The translations under genes and the position numbers were made by a program. Positions 62,891 to 64,000 of a DNA stretch of 64,000 nt are shown one piece after another (the first letter of the stretch is position 1; every line of letters begins with the position of its first letter). This DNA comes from Prevotellaceae bacterium (lineage in GTDB: Bacteria > Bacteroidota > Bacteroidia > Bacteroidales > UBA932). The stretch is from NCBI GenBank assembly GCA_031263585.1, contig JAISFN010000096.1, positions 2,849-66,848 on the forward strand, read 5' to 3'. The notes beneath the pieces were generated by a model. It worked only from the letters and a program-made list of their open reading frames with translations, was not told where the DNA came from and searched no databases.

Positions 62891-64000
62891 ATGATGAAAA
62901 CAAACTTAACCTCATTTATGCTGAAGCTTTTGGCGCTTCATGTTTTTCTATTTAACATATCTTGTAGTGAGAGAGCGGATAAACTTGACGATCTTACTCA
63001 ATATGTCGACCCGTACATTGGAACGGGAGGGCATGGCCATGTGTTTTTAGGGGCGAATGTTCCTTTCGGGGCTGTCCAACTTGGGCCTGTAAACCATTCG
63101 GTTGGCTGGGATTGGTGTTCCGGTTATCATTATTCCGATTCTACGATAATCGGTTTTTCGCACACTCATTTAAGCGGTACGGGCATCGGCGATTTAGGTG
63201 ATATCGCCTTTATGCCGGTTACAGGAGACGTAAAACTGAAGCAACGAACTAAAGGTGATTTTTATACAAATACCTTTCTTTCCCTGTTTCGCCGGGATAC
63301 GGAGCGGGTACAACCGGGTTATTATGCGGTAAATTTGGAGCGTTATGATATTGATGTAGAGTTAACCGCAACAAAACGAATCGGTATGCACAAATATACT
63401 TTCCCTGATGCGGGGGATAAACGGGTAATTATCGATTTGGTACAAGGTATTGGTTGGGATACGCCGGTTGAAGGTTATTTGTTGATGGAAAACGATACGG
63501 TTATTTCAGGGTATCGCTTTTCTAAAGGCTGGGCAAAAGATCAGCGTATTTTTTTTACGGCTGTTTTTTCAAAGCCTATCGTAAAATTTGCGCTTACGCC
63601 CGATTCGCTTATTAGTGCCGGTATTTCATTGAAAAGCAGTCGTGTAATAGGCGTGGCCGATTTTGATTTTCAAAATAGCGAACCGCTATGCATAAAAGTA
63701 GCCATATCACCGGTAAGTATCGAGAATGCCAAATTAAACATGCAAGCCGAATTACCCCATTGGGATTTTGAGAAGGTTTTTCAGAATGCCGACAAAGCAT
63801 GGAACGAGGAGTTGAATAAAATTAAGGTAAAAACCGGTAATCAAAAGGATCTTAGAAAGTTTTATACGGCTATGTATCACTCGATGGTGGCTCCCGTTGA
63901 GTTTCAGGATGTCAATATGGATTATAAGGGAGCTGATGGGAAAGTATATAAAAATGCCGATTTTAAAAACTATTCAATATTCTCATTGTGGGATACTTAC
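62891..64000 (+). CDS. Glycoside hydrolase family 92 (alpha-mannosidase), N-terminal 370 codons; it continues beyond the window
   Basis: The frame is open from ATG 62891 to the window end. The ORF track does not list it because there is no stop in the window. Motifs are ...LTQYVDPYIGTGGHGHVFLGANVPFGAVQLGP....WDWCSGYHYSDSTIIGFSHTHLSGTGIGDLGD.... Confidence 0.85.
   Translation, partial: MMKTNLTSFMLKLLALHVFLFNISCSERADKLDDLTQYVDPYIGTGGHGHVFLGANVPFGAVQLGPVNHSVGWDWCSGYHYSDSTIIGFSHTHLSGTGIGDLGDIAFMPVTGDVKLKQRTKGDFYTNTFLSLFRRDTERVQPGYYAVNLERYDIDVELTATKRIGMHKYTFPDAGDKRVIIDLVQGIGWDTPVEGYLLMENDTVISGYRFSKGWAKDQRIFFTAVFSKPIVKFALTPDSLISAGISLKSSRVIGVADFDFQNSEPLCIKVAISPVSIENAKLNMQAELPHWDFEKVFQNADKAWNEELNKIKVKTGNQKDLRKFYTAMYHSMVAPVEFQDVNMDYKGADGKVYKNADFKNYSIFSLWDTY

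Noticed and set aside
1-64000. tRNA, rRNA, tmRNA, RNase P or SRP RNA genes and riboswitches
   Set aside because: I scanned the intergenic regions by eye for T-loop (GTTCGAATC-like) and other hallmark motifs and found none. A covariance-model scan (tRNAscan-SE, Infernal/Rfam) would be needed to exclude small structured RNAs formally.

Overview
This 64-kb window comes from a low-GC Bacteroidota chromosome that looks Bacteroidales-like. The evidence is the uppS-bamA-skp(x3)-murI synteny, TAnnTTTG -7 promoter boxes, no obvious Shine-Dalgarno sites, and DUF4290/DUF3810/DUF4369/GH92-type genes. Most of the window is housekeeping. It holds group-4 hydrogenase membrane subunits (hyfC/hyfE-like), a large OmpA/SPOR envelope protein, mqnD, murI, three tandem OmpH/Skp genes, bamA, uppS, nadK, an acyl-CoA ligase, flavodoxin, nth, pyrF, kdsB, a Dcu C4-dicarboxylate carrier, a Tat-signal TldD/PmbA pair, a TetR-controlled TolC-HlyD-ABC2 efflux operon, elbB, a SpoU methyltransferase, a class-III aminotransferase, several TlpA-like thioredoxins and a partial GH92 mannosidase. 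I found no rRNA, tRNA or CRISPR array. Three things stand out. (1) An accessory patch at about 22.7-31.1 kb holds a 77-aa Cys-rich peptide with a double-glycine-type leader. It sits in a same-strand string with a C39-like/VKOR-like remnant and two CxxC thioredoxin-fold lipoproteins, followed by two large uncharacterised surface proteins and IS debris. This peptide/thiol-redox locus is my best candidate for an undescribed system. (2) The window has an unusually high density of eroded genes: an FNT transporter, YjbR, a Fer4_19 protein, IS1 and IS5 transposases and small ORFs. They carry both frameshifts and in-frame stop codons, which suggests ongoing genome decay. (3) There are several families of intergenic repeat and hairpin elements, including MITE-like copies inserted inside the efflux operon, paired TetR-operator-like palindromes, and 53-bp direct repeats that bracket the efflux operon. 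All calls come from reading the translations and sequence by eye. No database search was run.
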